A DNA stretch of 64,000 bases from positions 77,874,001-77,938,000 of the forward strand of contig NC_087437.1 in assembly GCF_036321535.1 (NCBI RefSeq). The letters run 5' to 3'. Numbering within the stretch: position 1 is the first letter of the stretch; the number at the start of each line of letters is the position of its first letter. Of the stretch, positions 49,477-60,586 are shown piece after piece. The notes beneath the pieces are model-generated. The model was not told the origin of the DNA. It did not search any database and saw only the letters and a list, made by a program, of their open reading frames with translations. Position numbers and translations under genes: made by a program. This stretch comes from Camelus dromedarius (taxonomy: Eukaryota).

Positions 49477-52143
49477 AGCAAATTTTAATAGTACCTACTT
49501 TATACGGTAATTGTGGGGATTAAATAATATAATGTACAACAATCTTACAAGCTCCTGTTATATTATAGGTGCTTAAAATTTTGATTAAAAAATACAATGA
49601 TAGAAACATTTTTTCAGTTAGCAATTGGTTAATACCAAGAGATGTAGAAATGTAACACACTGCTGGCCAAATACAGAGTATTTTACAATTTGTTACACAT
49701 GTGCGAAAACTAGTTCTAACATGTAATAGTCCAGGAATGTAATGGGTACTCAATAAATCTTAGCTTCCCTTTATTTTTGGATATTTGGAAGCTTTGTCCT
49801 GTTTCTTTCAATATGTTATTATCCATGAATCTACTAATTAGAGTCACAAGTTGTAATTAAGAGGTAGAATATCCTACAAGAGAAAGTCAACATATCTGGA
49901 GTGTCAAAAATTTTTGTTTTGAAATTTTTGCTTATGTCTGGAGGTCAGAATCCCAAGGGGTCAATGATGTAAAACAAAATAATGTAAAATTAAATGGGAT
50001 AACTATATGTAAACTTCTAGTACTAAAATGGTATAAAATAGGAACTTGCACTTGAATTTCCTTTTCCTCACTTGGAGTTGCTTTGGATGCTGTATAAAAC
50101 ACTAAAATAAATCCTTAATATATCTTTGTCTTTGGAATTTGAGTCTGATTTTTGGAAATAGCTAAAAGCCACTCAGAGCCAAGTGTCATGAATAATATAA
50201 GTGAACAAGCTGTATAATACCATTTTTGGTCAAAAACGAGTTGTGATGGAATTAATGAGACTTTTATTTGTACAAGCTTGTAAACAGGCTCTGAGGGCAA
50301 CTCCAAAGCAGAGTTCCACACATGACTTAGGCAATGACAATATCTTGGAATAATTTTAAAGGCTTCTATTCATCTCATCAAGGCATGTTGATTTCACCCA
50401 CATATGCTACAGTTATATCAGTTTTAAAAATATTGAAATATTTCTGTACCTATTACTAACAGCCCCTCCTTAAATTCCCCTGAATGTGGTTCCCCAAATG
50501 TCCCTGCAACCACTGCCCCTACACTAGGTTAATTCACGGTCTAGCAAGGGGTCTTGAACCTTGCTAGAACCCCAACTACTATAAATTGTGATTGGTTGAT
50601 GCTAGAGCCATTCAGTCTGCTAATTATTTTGATGTCACTACTGTGTCATTCTGTCTGACCAGCAATTTCATGGTCCTGACGATGCTCATTTGGATGTTCA
50701 GCTTGAGTAGTTTGTGTAACATCAACAACAATATCATTCTGAGATGACTAGAACAGAATCTGTAGTTCTTCTTTGGCATAACTGATCACTCTCAAAATTC
50801 TTTCCTTGATAAAGTGCTACATGCATCATATTAAGTCTTCAATGTATTTATCACCAACAAAGAAATGCTTTAGACACTTAGACAAAGATCCTACGTATTT
50901 CTGGTTAATTCCAACATCCTTTTAGATATTAAAGCATAATTAATTCTGCCAGTGATAATTCTATGGGATTCCAATATGTGATAGAAATAAGTAGAATAAA
51001 CTCCTAGGTGCTTTATAAGGCAGATGGAACAGATCAATCAAATCTGGAGACATGGTGGGAAAATATCTTTGAAAATCTATTTAGGTATTTATGGATCATT
51101 TATTTTCACAATTTTCGATTGTTCCCCATTGAACTTACCTCCCTGATATTTTTATTCATCACAGAAGAGTGATTCTTTCATTTTTGTCGTAAATAATCTC
51201 ACCTTATTGGCAGTTTTCTATTAGGGTTTCATTTGGCATTAATTGCAATTGCTAGTTGTTGACACCAGGTGATCATATATTCAGGCTGTGGCTGCAGTGC
51301 ACCTACACTAATCCCAAAGAAGCTGTATTATGAAGTGAGCACTGTGTTATAAATGTTATAAATAAAATATATTATAAAACATTTTTATGCCTTTTTTTTA
51401 TATGTTCTCGTATACACATTTGAAAGTAATTCTGCTTTCCTTTTCTGTTCCTTGTCTTTTTACAAGAAAGGGAAAAACAAAAAAGCAAAGGAAATTAAAA
51501 CCAAAGAATCTTAAGATTGCCAGGGTCTCCAACACCTAACACAGTGCCTAGCACATAAAGGCATTCAGTCAACGGCGAGTGAATGAAGAACTCTAGGCAC
51601 AGAAATTGTGTGCTTTAAATACTCTCATCACTTACAATTTTGGAACCTTTGGCCAAGAATGGAGTTTGGAGCAGTCAAGGCCCTTTACTCTCCCGCACTT
51701 AATTTTTAACTTGAGAGAAATGCATGGTGGAGGATATATAGAAGTTAATAGGGCTCTGTTGTCAAAAGCTTTCTCATTTTGAAAAGAATGAACCACTTTA
51801 CAAGCTTGGAGTGAAATGGTGTGAAAAAGATGTCCAAGTCCAGACTGATAGACTTTCCTGCAGTGCTGTGTTTAAAATAGCTGGCGTAGGCTAATGAAAA
51901 GAGAAGGAAATGGAAACTGGAAGATGATTTTAGGTTTGTTGCCAAAGGGGCTAATGTCTTGAGTTCTTTGTAACAAAGTGACAAAGCCTAGTCAATAAAG
52001 GGCTCTCAACACAGCAGCATGTTGAAATACTATGAAGCATTATATAATTTCATTCATTTCTTCTCTGAGGACACAAACTTAGTGTTTATTTTAATGATTG
52101 GTTATGATTCTATTACTTGGGGGAAAAAATCAAACTAGAATGA

Positions 52144-52674
52144 TGTACTGCTTGCTTCTTGATGTATAAGCAATTACCCTAATACTTTGTAAAAGTAAAC
52201 TTTGCTATCATCATCGTTTTGTAGGTCAATAATTGGAGAGTGAATCAGTTCAGCACTTCTGGCTCAGGGCCTCTCAGAGGACCAAGTAAAACTGTTGGCT
52301 GTGGCTACAATCATCACATGAAGGCTTGACTGGGCCTGGAGGGTCCACTTCCAGGATGGCTCATTCATATGGCCAGCAAGTCGGTGCTGGCCTTTGGCAG
52401 GAGGCCTCAGCTCCTCCCTACGTTAGCCTATCCTTGGTGCTGCTTGAGTGTTCATGTGACGTGCTGCTGGCTTTCCTCACAAGGAGAGATCTGAGAAAGT
52501 ATAACTTGGTAGCAGCAATGTATTCATAACTTAGTCTCAGAAGTCACATATAGTCACTTCTTCAATATTCTATTGTCAAGTGGATCAGCCTTAATCATTG
52601 TGGAAGGGAACCACATGAGGGTGTGAATACCAGAAAGAGATCATAATTGTGAGATCGTGATGGAGACTACCACA
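52144..52674 (-). mobile_element. MLT1F/G-like MaLR solo LTR
   Basis: GAAGGCTTGACTGGGCCTGGAGGGTCCACTTCCAGGATGGCTCA...CTCAGAAGTCACA...GGTGTGAATACCAGAA...GACTACCACA. Confidence 0.75.
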
Positions 52675-53300
52675 AATGCTAAAAACTCAAATACAAACGC
52701 TGCATTGGAGGGTGAGGAATTGGTTGTAGGCTCTCCTCAGTTCTCCATCTTCCTAAAAGTTTTAATTCATTTTGTGTCTACTAAGATTATCTCACTTAAT
52801 TCCCACCATAAAACTGTAAGGGAGATATATTATTGGTTTCATTTACAGGTGAGAAAATGAAGGCCTAAAGTTACTAACTTAGACTAGGTTATACAACTAG
52901 TAAGCAACTGAGTTAGCATTTTAATGAATTGCCACTCAGATAAACAAGTAGGAGTTCTGCAGCCACTTAATTAATAAAGGTAAATAAAAGATGGGGTAGA
53001 GTCAGGGGTTTAAGATCATGTACAAGATACTACTCAGGACAGGTCTTGCTTAAATTTCTATCAAAGCTAGATAAACTCTCTTAATCATTAAGCTGGAATG
53101 GCTTTGCATGCTACAAACATGATTTTGCCTGACTCTTAGGGTCTTAGATACCAAGATATGCACTCAAGTTGCGTGCAACAATAAGTTAATAAATTAAAAT
53201 TCTAGGTAATTGATTTATAAAACCTAATTGCCAGAGCAATTAGGTGTTTACTTTGATCTGATTAACACATTCTCCCTCTGTAGGGAGTTATTTAGTTAAT

Positions 53301-53829
53301 TGTATCAGTTGGGATAATCTAGGTTATGCTGCTTAACAACTTCACAGTTTCAGTGTCCTGAAACAACAGATTTATTTTTGCTCGCACTTGTCCAGCCCTT
53401 GCCAGCAGGGTGATCTCACTGTAGTGCATCAGGGAACTAGGCTGATGCAGGTTCTGTGTCATATTCTTCTAGGGCAGATCCGGGATATGAGGGGTCTGAG
53501 GCTCTTAGTGTTTTGGGTGCTCTTTTTAAGAAATATAATACAAAAATACAAATACAGAATTAGACACATAGCCTTGAAGTGGGCCCATGCAAATGAGGGG
53601 CCCTAAAACTTAAAGATTTTTGTCAATTAGCTTCACAGTGAGTTAGTTTCATGCTTCAACGATTTCTAGGTAAGGAGAAAAGAATGTGGTGAATTACATA
53701 CTGAGTGTTCAAGCTTCAATCTGGAAGGATACAGCCCAAGTTCAAGGTGGGTTGGGAAGCAGAATTCTACAATGTGTCACAAGGAGAAGAGCTGGGAATA
53801 TCTGGTAAACAGCAGCAATAATTACTACA
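53301..53829 (-). mobile_element. Old MLT1 solo LTR with a nested hAT-Tip100-like MITE (~53470-53655)
   Basis: TGTATCAGTTGGGATAATCTAGGTTATGCTGC...AACAACAGATTTATTT and end CTGGTAAACAGC...CTACA. Insert contains GGGCCCATGCAAATGAGGGGCCCT. Confidence 0.55.
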
Positions 53830-54202
53830 ATAATCAAGGAGCAGTGGCAGAAGAGATAAATGATTGCAATACATAGTCATATTACTTTTAAACTTGATGC
53901 ATCCACTTGTGCAAAATGTCGTTATCTACCTCTTAAACAGAGTGGAACCACAAGTTAGCTTTCCTGGGTCTCACTCCCCAAGACAGCACAGAGATGAGTA
54001 CAGGCAATGTTTGTTTCATGTGTTTCTATTTTTTTTCCTTTTCTTTTAAAACTGATCATCTCCTTTTCATATTGATACATTCTTTTTTAGATGCTATACT
54101 ATCTTTTGTCAAATTAAACCATATGATCTCTATAGGTATATATAGAGATATAGTACCTTAGATATAATACTATGTGTACTGTAATATACTCTATACACCT
54201 TA

Positions 54203-54707
54203 CAGTTGACCCTTAAACAATGTGGGGGTTAGTTGAAAATCTGCACAGTAAAAAATCTGGGTATAACTTATAGTAAGCCCTCTGTATCTGCTGTTCCATA
54301 TCCATAGATTAAACCAACTGTATATGTGTAGTATGGTAGTGTTTGTTATTAAAAAAATCTATATATAAATTTGCATTTGTCAAAACCCATAGAACGTACA
54401 ACATCAAGAGTGAACCCTAATGTAAACTATGGACTTTGGTTGATAATCATGTGCCCATGTTGGTTCATGGATTGTACCAAATATGCCACGCTGATGAGGG
54501 ATGTTGAGGGTAGGGGGGTATATATATGTGGGTGGGGGGGGGCTATGTGTGAACTCTCTGTATTTTCTGCTCAATTCTGTTGTGAACCTGAAACTACTCT
54601 AAAAGAATAAAGTCTATTCAAAAACAAAAACAAAAAACCAACCAAACAAAAATCTGTATATAAATGGACCCATGCAGTTCAAACTCGTGTTGTTCAAGGG
54701 TCAAACA
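54203..54707. mobile_element. MER8/Tigger2-like TcMar MITE interrupted by an L1
   Basis: Terminal inverted repeats CAGTTGACCCTTAAACAA / TTGTTCAAGGGTCAAACA with flanking TA dinucleotides. Confidence 0.8.
54371..54647 (+). mobile_element. L1MC-like 3' UTR fragment
   Basis: CATTTGTCAAAACCCATAGAA...GAGTGAACCCTAATGTAAACTATGGACTTTGG...TGTGAACCTGAAACTACTCTAAAAGAATAAAGTC plus A-rich tail. 18-bp TSD AAAAATCTRTATATAAAT at 54353-54370 and 54648-54665. Confidence 0.85.
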
Positions 54708-54709
54708 TA

Positions 54710-54920
54710 TATTATACATGTATAGTTTGTATGTAGATATAGGTATACTATGTATAGTATACATAGATGTATATATAATACAATATAGCTATATATAGTA
54801 TACTACACAATAGTAAATATACTATGTATTATAAATACTATAGATATATAGAAAGATACTATAGATATATATAGTATTCAATAGATATGTACTATATACT
54901 ATGTATAAATATATAGATTT
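54710..54920. repeat. Degenerate TA-rich low-complexity tract (also 54120-54200)
   Basis: Repeated TATAG/TATAC units flanking the Tigger MITE. Confidence 0.75.
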
Positions 54921-55274
54921 TAACCAAGTTTTTTTCATCTCTTTCAGGTGGTTTTAATAGGAATATAATCTCTGCTATTATATATTGATTTTCTAGTTTG
55001 TTGCAGCATCACCTTACTTTCAAATTCTTGGAAATGGATGGCCTAAAATACCTTCTAGCCTTTATACAGGTGCCCATACTCCAAATTAGGAACTATTTCT
55101 CTGAGTAATAGTTGCAACTGTGAGGATCTGAAATAATCAGCAGAATACAAAGAGAAGAAGAACATGTTCATCCAATCCAAAGTTGGGATTTTTTGTTTGT
55201 TTGTTTTTGACTGGATATTCTGGAAAAGCAGAGTACAGAGATAGAATTCACAGTTAATTACTGTTTTTGAAACA

Positions 55275-57763
55275 TGGAAGAATTGGTGTCCTATTTTATA
55301 GGAATGCCTGGTATGGTTGGTAAGAGAGCCAGATTGCTCATGGTGGATGACCGTGGACAACAGAAAATTGAACAACATAGTGGCCCCAATGTATGTGGCT
55401 GTGCTCGACACTGCCACCATCTTAGATGACTTGGCCATGGTCCTAGGAGTGTATTGTGCGTTTCTGGACTTAGCAGATGCTTCTTTCGCTATATCCCTTG
55501 TCACTGAGTCACAAAATCAATTTACCTTTAAATGGGAGGGACAAAAATGGACCTTTCAGACATTTCCCCAAGACTACCTGCCGAGCCCCATCATATATCA
55601 TGGGATGGTGGCCTGAGATGTATCTCTGTTTTCCTTCTCCATGGGCTCATTACACTGATGATAAACTGTAACATGTGAAGACTTGCCACCACTGCAGGAC
55701 ACTGCAGACTTTGCTGGGACATCTTTGAGGGAGAGAATAGGAGGAAGTAAACTCACAGAATTATCAAGGCCCAGACACTGATGTAAAATTTTGGGGGGTC
55801 ATTTGTCTGGGTAACATGCCTGTTGTTCCAGGAGCTGTGACTGATAAGACGAAAACCTATCCAACCCCTACGAACACAAAAGAGATGCAAGGCTTTGGGG
55901 GATTTCAGAGCTTTGGAGGAGTTTTATTCCTCATGGAGCACAGTGCTTCCATCCCTTACACCATTTGGTAAAGAAACGGCATGTGTAGGACTGAGGATCA
56001 GAGCAGCAAGCTGCTTTTGAGAAACTAAAAATACTAATGAAGCAGACTAAAGCTCTGGGCATCCCCCAAGCAGGGCTACCATTTGAGGATGATGTGTCTG
56101 TCTCTCACAGATAAGGGTTAGACACTGTGGCAGAAACAGCAGAGGAGAATACCCTCAGGATTTTGTCCCAGCTCTGGAAGGGGGCAGAAGCCTGATATAC
56201 CCCATGGAGCAACAGCTCCTAGCAGTGTACACAGCATTCCTCCAGGCAGAACCTCTCTTGAAGGAATCATGTATTGTGGTGAGAACGTCCCTTTCTATGA
56301 AGGGCTGGGTTTCTATTGACCCTCCTCTGCCCTGGCTCTAACTCTCATGTCGACTGAGTGGCTTGCAACAGAGGAGCCCCCTGTCCACCAGCCCACTGTC
56401 CCTCGAAATGTGGGTGGAACTAGGCCCTATAGGGTATGTAGATCTTCCAAATGCCCCGCCTTCCCCGTTCCTGCGGAGGCCCCTGCAGCCTGTAGAGAAG
56501 TAGTGTGGGAAATTCCTGCTGATGCCTGCTATACAGGTGGGTAAGGCACAACCCATCCACAGGGACTGTACTCACCGTTCAGCCTGACACTGACACCACC
56601 TGGGTGGAAACTGGAACAAACCACAGCAGCCAGTGGGCTCAGCTCCATGGTGTGGCTGGTGATCATTCATGAGCCCTGGCCTTTGTACCGACAGTTGGGC
56701 TGTTCTAAAGAGATTAACTGTAAGACTTGGACAACGGAAAGCCAAGGGGTGGACGATGGTAAATATGCTGTTGTGGGGTCAGGATGTGTGGGAAGACACT
56801 TGGGTTCATCTACAAAACCTGAGGCAGTCTTCCCTGTCTTCCAGGTCCTGGCTCATAAGACACACGAACCCCCTGGCAATCAGGAAGCTGATGCCCCATC
56901 TCAGGTACAAGTCCTAGAAACGGTATTGCCAAGGATGACGGATTGACCTTGAAACAGAGTGACTTGGTTAACACAATAACAGCATTTCCTGTTTGTTCAA
57001 AACAACACCCAAGGCAACTGCCAAAGGAGTCTGGGGCCATCCACGAGAGTTCCCAAGCAGTGAGGGATTGGGAAATTAATTATATTGGCCCCTTCCACCT
57101 GAGTGAGGGTTCTAAATTTGCCTTTGTATGGATACTGCATCTGGCTTAATCCAAGCCTGTCTCCAGGCAAACCCGGCTGTCTTCATTAGAGGATTAGAGA
57201 AGCCGAGTACCACGCACAGAGAACCCTTGTTGGATAGACAGTGACTAGGGGGTCTTATTTCAAAGGTCATGATGTGCAAGACTGGGCCTAAGAACATGGC
57301 ATCAAAGGAGGTTTTATCTCGCCTGTAACCTGCAGGCTCTAGGGTTCATGGAAAGGAAGAATGGAATATTAAAACAGCAGATTAAATTAGTAATAGGTAA
57401 AACCACATTGGCCTGGGGGACTGAAGTACTGTCCCAGGCTTTAGTACGTGTACGTGAGCCATCAGCAGCGCTGGGCGCCTCATGAGCCAGATTGCACGTG
57501 CCTGCGCTGTAGCCATGGATGGGCTCTGTCTCCGGCACAGCCGGGGTGCCGCCAGATTGCCCACCCCCACGACGGCGGACCCCTGGCTGAGCGCCCAGCG
57601 CGCGCTGTGAAGAGCCAGCGTGGGAGGCTGTGAGAGCCGGCACGAGGGTGGAGGGCAGGGCGGCGAGGTCACGGAGAGGACGCGACCGCAGGTTGACGCC
57701 GTGAGAGCGGGACGCGCACGGGCTGTCGGCGGCGCCTCACTCCCTCCTGCGCCCTGGAGTGTG
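55275..57763 (+). mobile_element. Decayed class III (ERV-L) endogenous retrovirus internal region: RT, RNase H and integrase remnants
   Basis: RT: WWMTVDNRKLN, DLADASFAI, QFTFKWEGQKWTFQTFPQDYLPSP, HYTDD. RNase H: ACYTGG, SSQWAQL, LCTDSWAVL, GNQEADA. Integrase: WEINYIGPF, IDSD*G, GFMERKNGILK. Many stops and frameshifts. Confidence 0.9.
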
Positions 57764-58068
57764 TGTTGCACCCACCGTTCCACCGTGGGAGACGTTTTCA
57801 AGGATGCAGCCTTGAGAGAACAAGGTGTAGTGAGACCTTCTGGACTGAGTACGTGACTGAACCCAGGTAAGGCCTCTGGATAAACTTTTAAGACTCTGGC
57901 GGGCGGTAAGGCGCCCTACTCGTTCGTGGCGGGGCTGCCCTCCAGCCTCTTAAGTAAGTTCCTTCCTTCCTTTTCTTATTAAACCTGCACCTACCAGTGT
58001 GGAGCGGCTGCCTCTTTCTTCAGTCTCTCCTTGCCCTCCGTGCACAGGGGCCAATTTGGGAACCGGCA
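57764..58068 (+). mobile_element. 3' LTR of the ERV-L element
   Basis: TGTTG...CA termini directly after the internal region. TATA-like GGATAAA near 57878, poly(A) signal ATTAAA at 57978-57983, pyrimidine-rich U5, then abrupt return to AT-rich DNA. Left boundary approximate. Confidence 0.7.
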
Positions 58069-60469
58069 GTGAAGTATTCAGAATTTAACTTTCGTTTGGA
58101 TTAAAATCCTATTTGAATTCTTTCCTAATTTACCGAGCTATGATTACAGAAGCCTGCTATTGGAATATAGGAGTAAACATGGCAGTAAACATGGCAACTG
58201 TGTTTTTAAGACATGGCTTGTAATTACTGGTAGAGATCAGGATATTAGAAAAAAAAACTGCAAGATTTATTGTTATTTCATCATGCATGGAGAAACTAAG
58301 TACAGATTACTTAGAATTTGCCTAAAAGATCTATGAATTAATGTTATTGTACATTGTTTATTTTTCCTGTGTTCTTTATATTAATGCGATGAAAAAATAT
58401 TCAAAAGAAGCAGAGAGAGGAGAAAAATACATTTAAAACCGCAAGTTCTGTCTTATAAAATTAATTTCTCTCCTACCAGCTCTACTATCTTAGTTACTTA
58501 AGTGCCTGCTACTTGGTTTCCCATAACCTCAGATTCCTGATAGTAGGATATATACAGACTGTAGGTTATTCAAATATTTATTTTACAGGAAGGTGCTTAA
58601 TGCCATGACCAATTCACTTATGCATATTCCCAGTGTGTTTGAGATTAAACCATGAACATATATAAAAATAGTATCAGCCTCTTATTGTTTCAGGACCTTT
58701 CCCCACTTTAGACAATAATCAGGTGACATTATTTGGATTCCCAGTTTGCAGTGAGAATGTCTTTTCAACTGTGTTTACACTACTCACATTTCACGTATCA
58801 TCTTCCTTCACTTCAGTCGACTCATAGCCGTATTTTACTCTAAACTCTTAAAGTACTTCATAAGAAGTTAATTGATGTAGAGAAATATATATTTAAAAAA
58901 AATCACTGAGCCTAGAAATTAATATTTGGTTAATGAGATAGTAAAAACACGAAAGTTATTCAGCCACATAAAACCTCTTTAGAACTTGTATTGATGTTAT
59001 GCGCTTGAGTAGAAAAGACTAGGTACATACTTCAGTTTATTAAAGACACCTTTTAGCCAGAAAAATTATAGATTAAAAACCAAAAACACTTCTTTGGCAC
59101 TTCTGCCTATTACAAAGCAAACAAAAAGTGTATGTGGTAAAAATAATTTCAGAAAAATGATTATTAAAGGAAGAGAAGACAGCCTAGAGTTGCAGCATTG
59201 GTAATTTTTGTTCAGTGTTCCATAAAGCACCAATATAGATTCTTTTAATAAAAAAGTAAAAGTGGAAAAACACAAATGTCAAAAAAAATTACTTATGTCA
59301 AGGTTGAGATTTGATAGCTAGATGACTTCCTGCATATTATTAAATTAAGTCACTAGTTCATTTTTGAAAATCCATTTTCTAGGCGGTTCAACAGATGTTT
59401 ACTAGTCAGTTTTAAATGGAAATGCATATTAAAATAGTTCAGATTATTAACATGCAACACAATTTGTCCAAAGATGGAAACGATTCGATGGAGTGGCAAT
59501 CTCAGGGTATTTCTTTGAAAATAGGATTTAAAAAGTGGATGAGGCACTCCAGCAGGTTGGGAGGGAGGTCTTACTATTCGCCAGACCTCTTTCTAAGTGC
59601 TGTTTCAGGTAGCCCCTCATTTATTCTAATAGATAATACTATGGGGTAGACATTCTTATGATCCTCATTTTAGAGCTAATGGGAATGAGGTCTCTAGAAA
59701 CATATTTTAATCAAGCACCTTGTAGTGTATGAGATTATAATAAGCTCTTCTAGGTGCTGTTTCCTGCCAACATTTCCACACTTTTGTTTCCTGTCACTAT
59801 TTTCTTAGCTTGCAATCTACTTAACCGGCTGTTTTTTTGCAAAATCTTTTTCATTCTACAAAACTCACTGATCTCACCCCATGCCTAGTTCTTCTTCATG
59901 AGGGCTCGCAGACCAAGTGCTTCCTGCACCACATTGAATTATCTGCTGAATTTACCTGTGACTGCTTTTGCTTGGCTGTTAAACTACTGAGGGCAGGGAC
60001 CTGGGCTTAACTCACCTTGAGTCTTAGCTGTGGTTGCCTGCAAAATGGAATCTAGTGCTATACTTCATAGAAAGATGCAATTTCAGGGCAGAAAGAGTGT
60101 ATGAAAGGGGAAGCGGGACAGGGAAGTGGGGAAAGAAAATACCGGGCCATTGTTCTGAGCTGGTCACAGCTTCACAGGACGATGAGCTGGTTGCTCAGCC
60201 ATGTGGGATGTCTTCCAGGGAGGCTGTGTGGAAACACTACACCTTGGAAGAGTCAAGTAGGAGGAAGAGGATTGCGAGTTTGCTTCCTCCTTCTTGTCTC
60301 TTGTCTTTCATTGGTTCAAGTTAGACCTCTTGGGTGTGACCACTCCCTGCACTTCTGCATTGTTCACTGGCCTCCACAGGACAGCACTTCATCTGGTCCT
60401 CCAAGTGGTGGGAGCAATCACTAGTTAACATTTTGATTTCTTTGTTCACTATGGATTTTGCATCAATTT

Positions 60470-60586
60470 GATTTATTAAAGTATTGCATTAAAAGGCACT
60501 TTTTCTTCATCAGTGATATTTTTGCAACCACCTGAATTTTGTACCTTAAGGGAGTACCTCACTTGCCTCACCCTGGTCCCAAACCT
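60470..60586. mobile_element. MER45-like hAT fragment
   Basis: AATTTTGTACCTTAAGGGAGTACCTCACTTGCCTCACCCTGGTCCC resembles the recalled MER45 terminus. Confidence 0.5.

Noticed and set aside
55317..57400. Domesticated retroviral gene or functional RT/integrase
   Set aside because: pol is broken by many stops and frameshifts, and catalytic motifs are altered (YTGG for YTDG, WEINY for WQ.DY).
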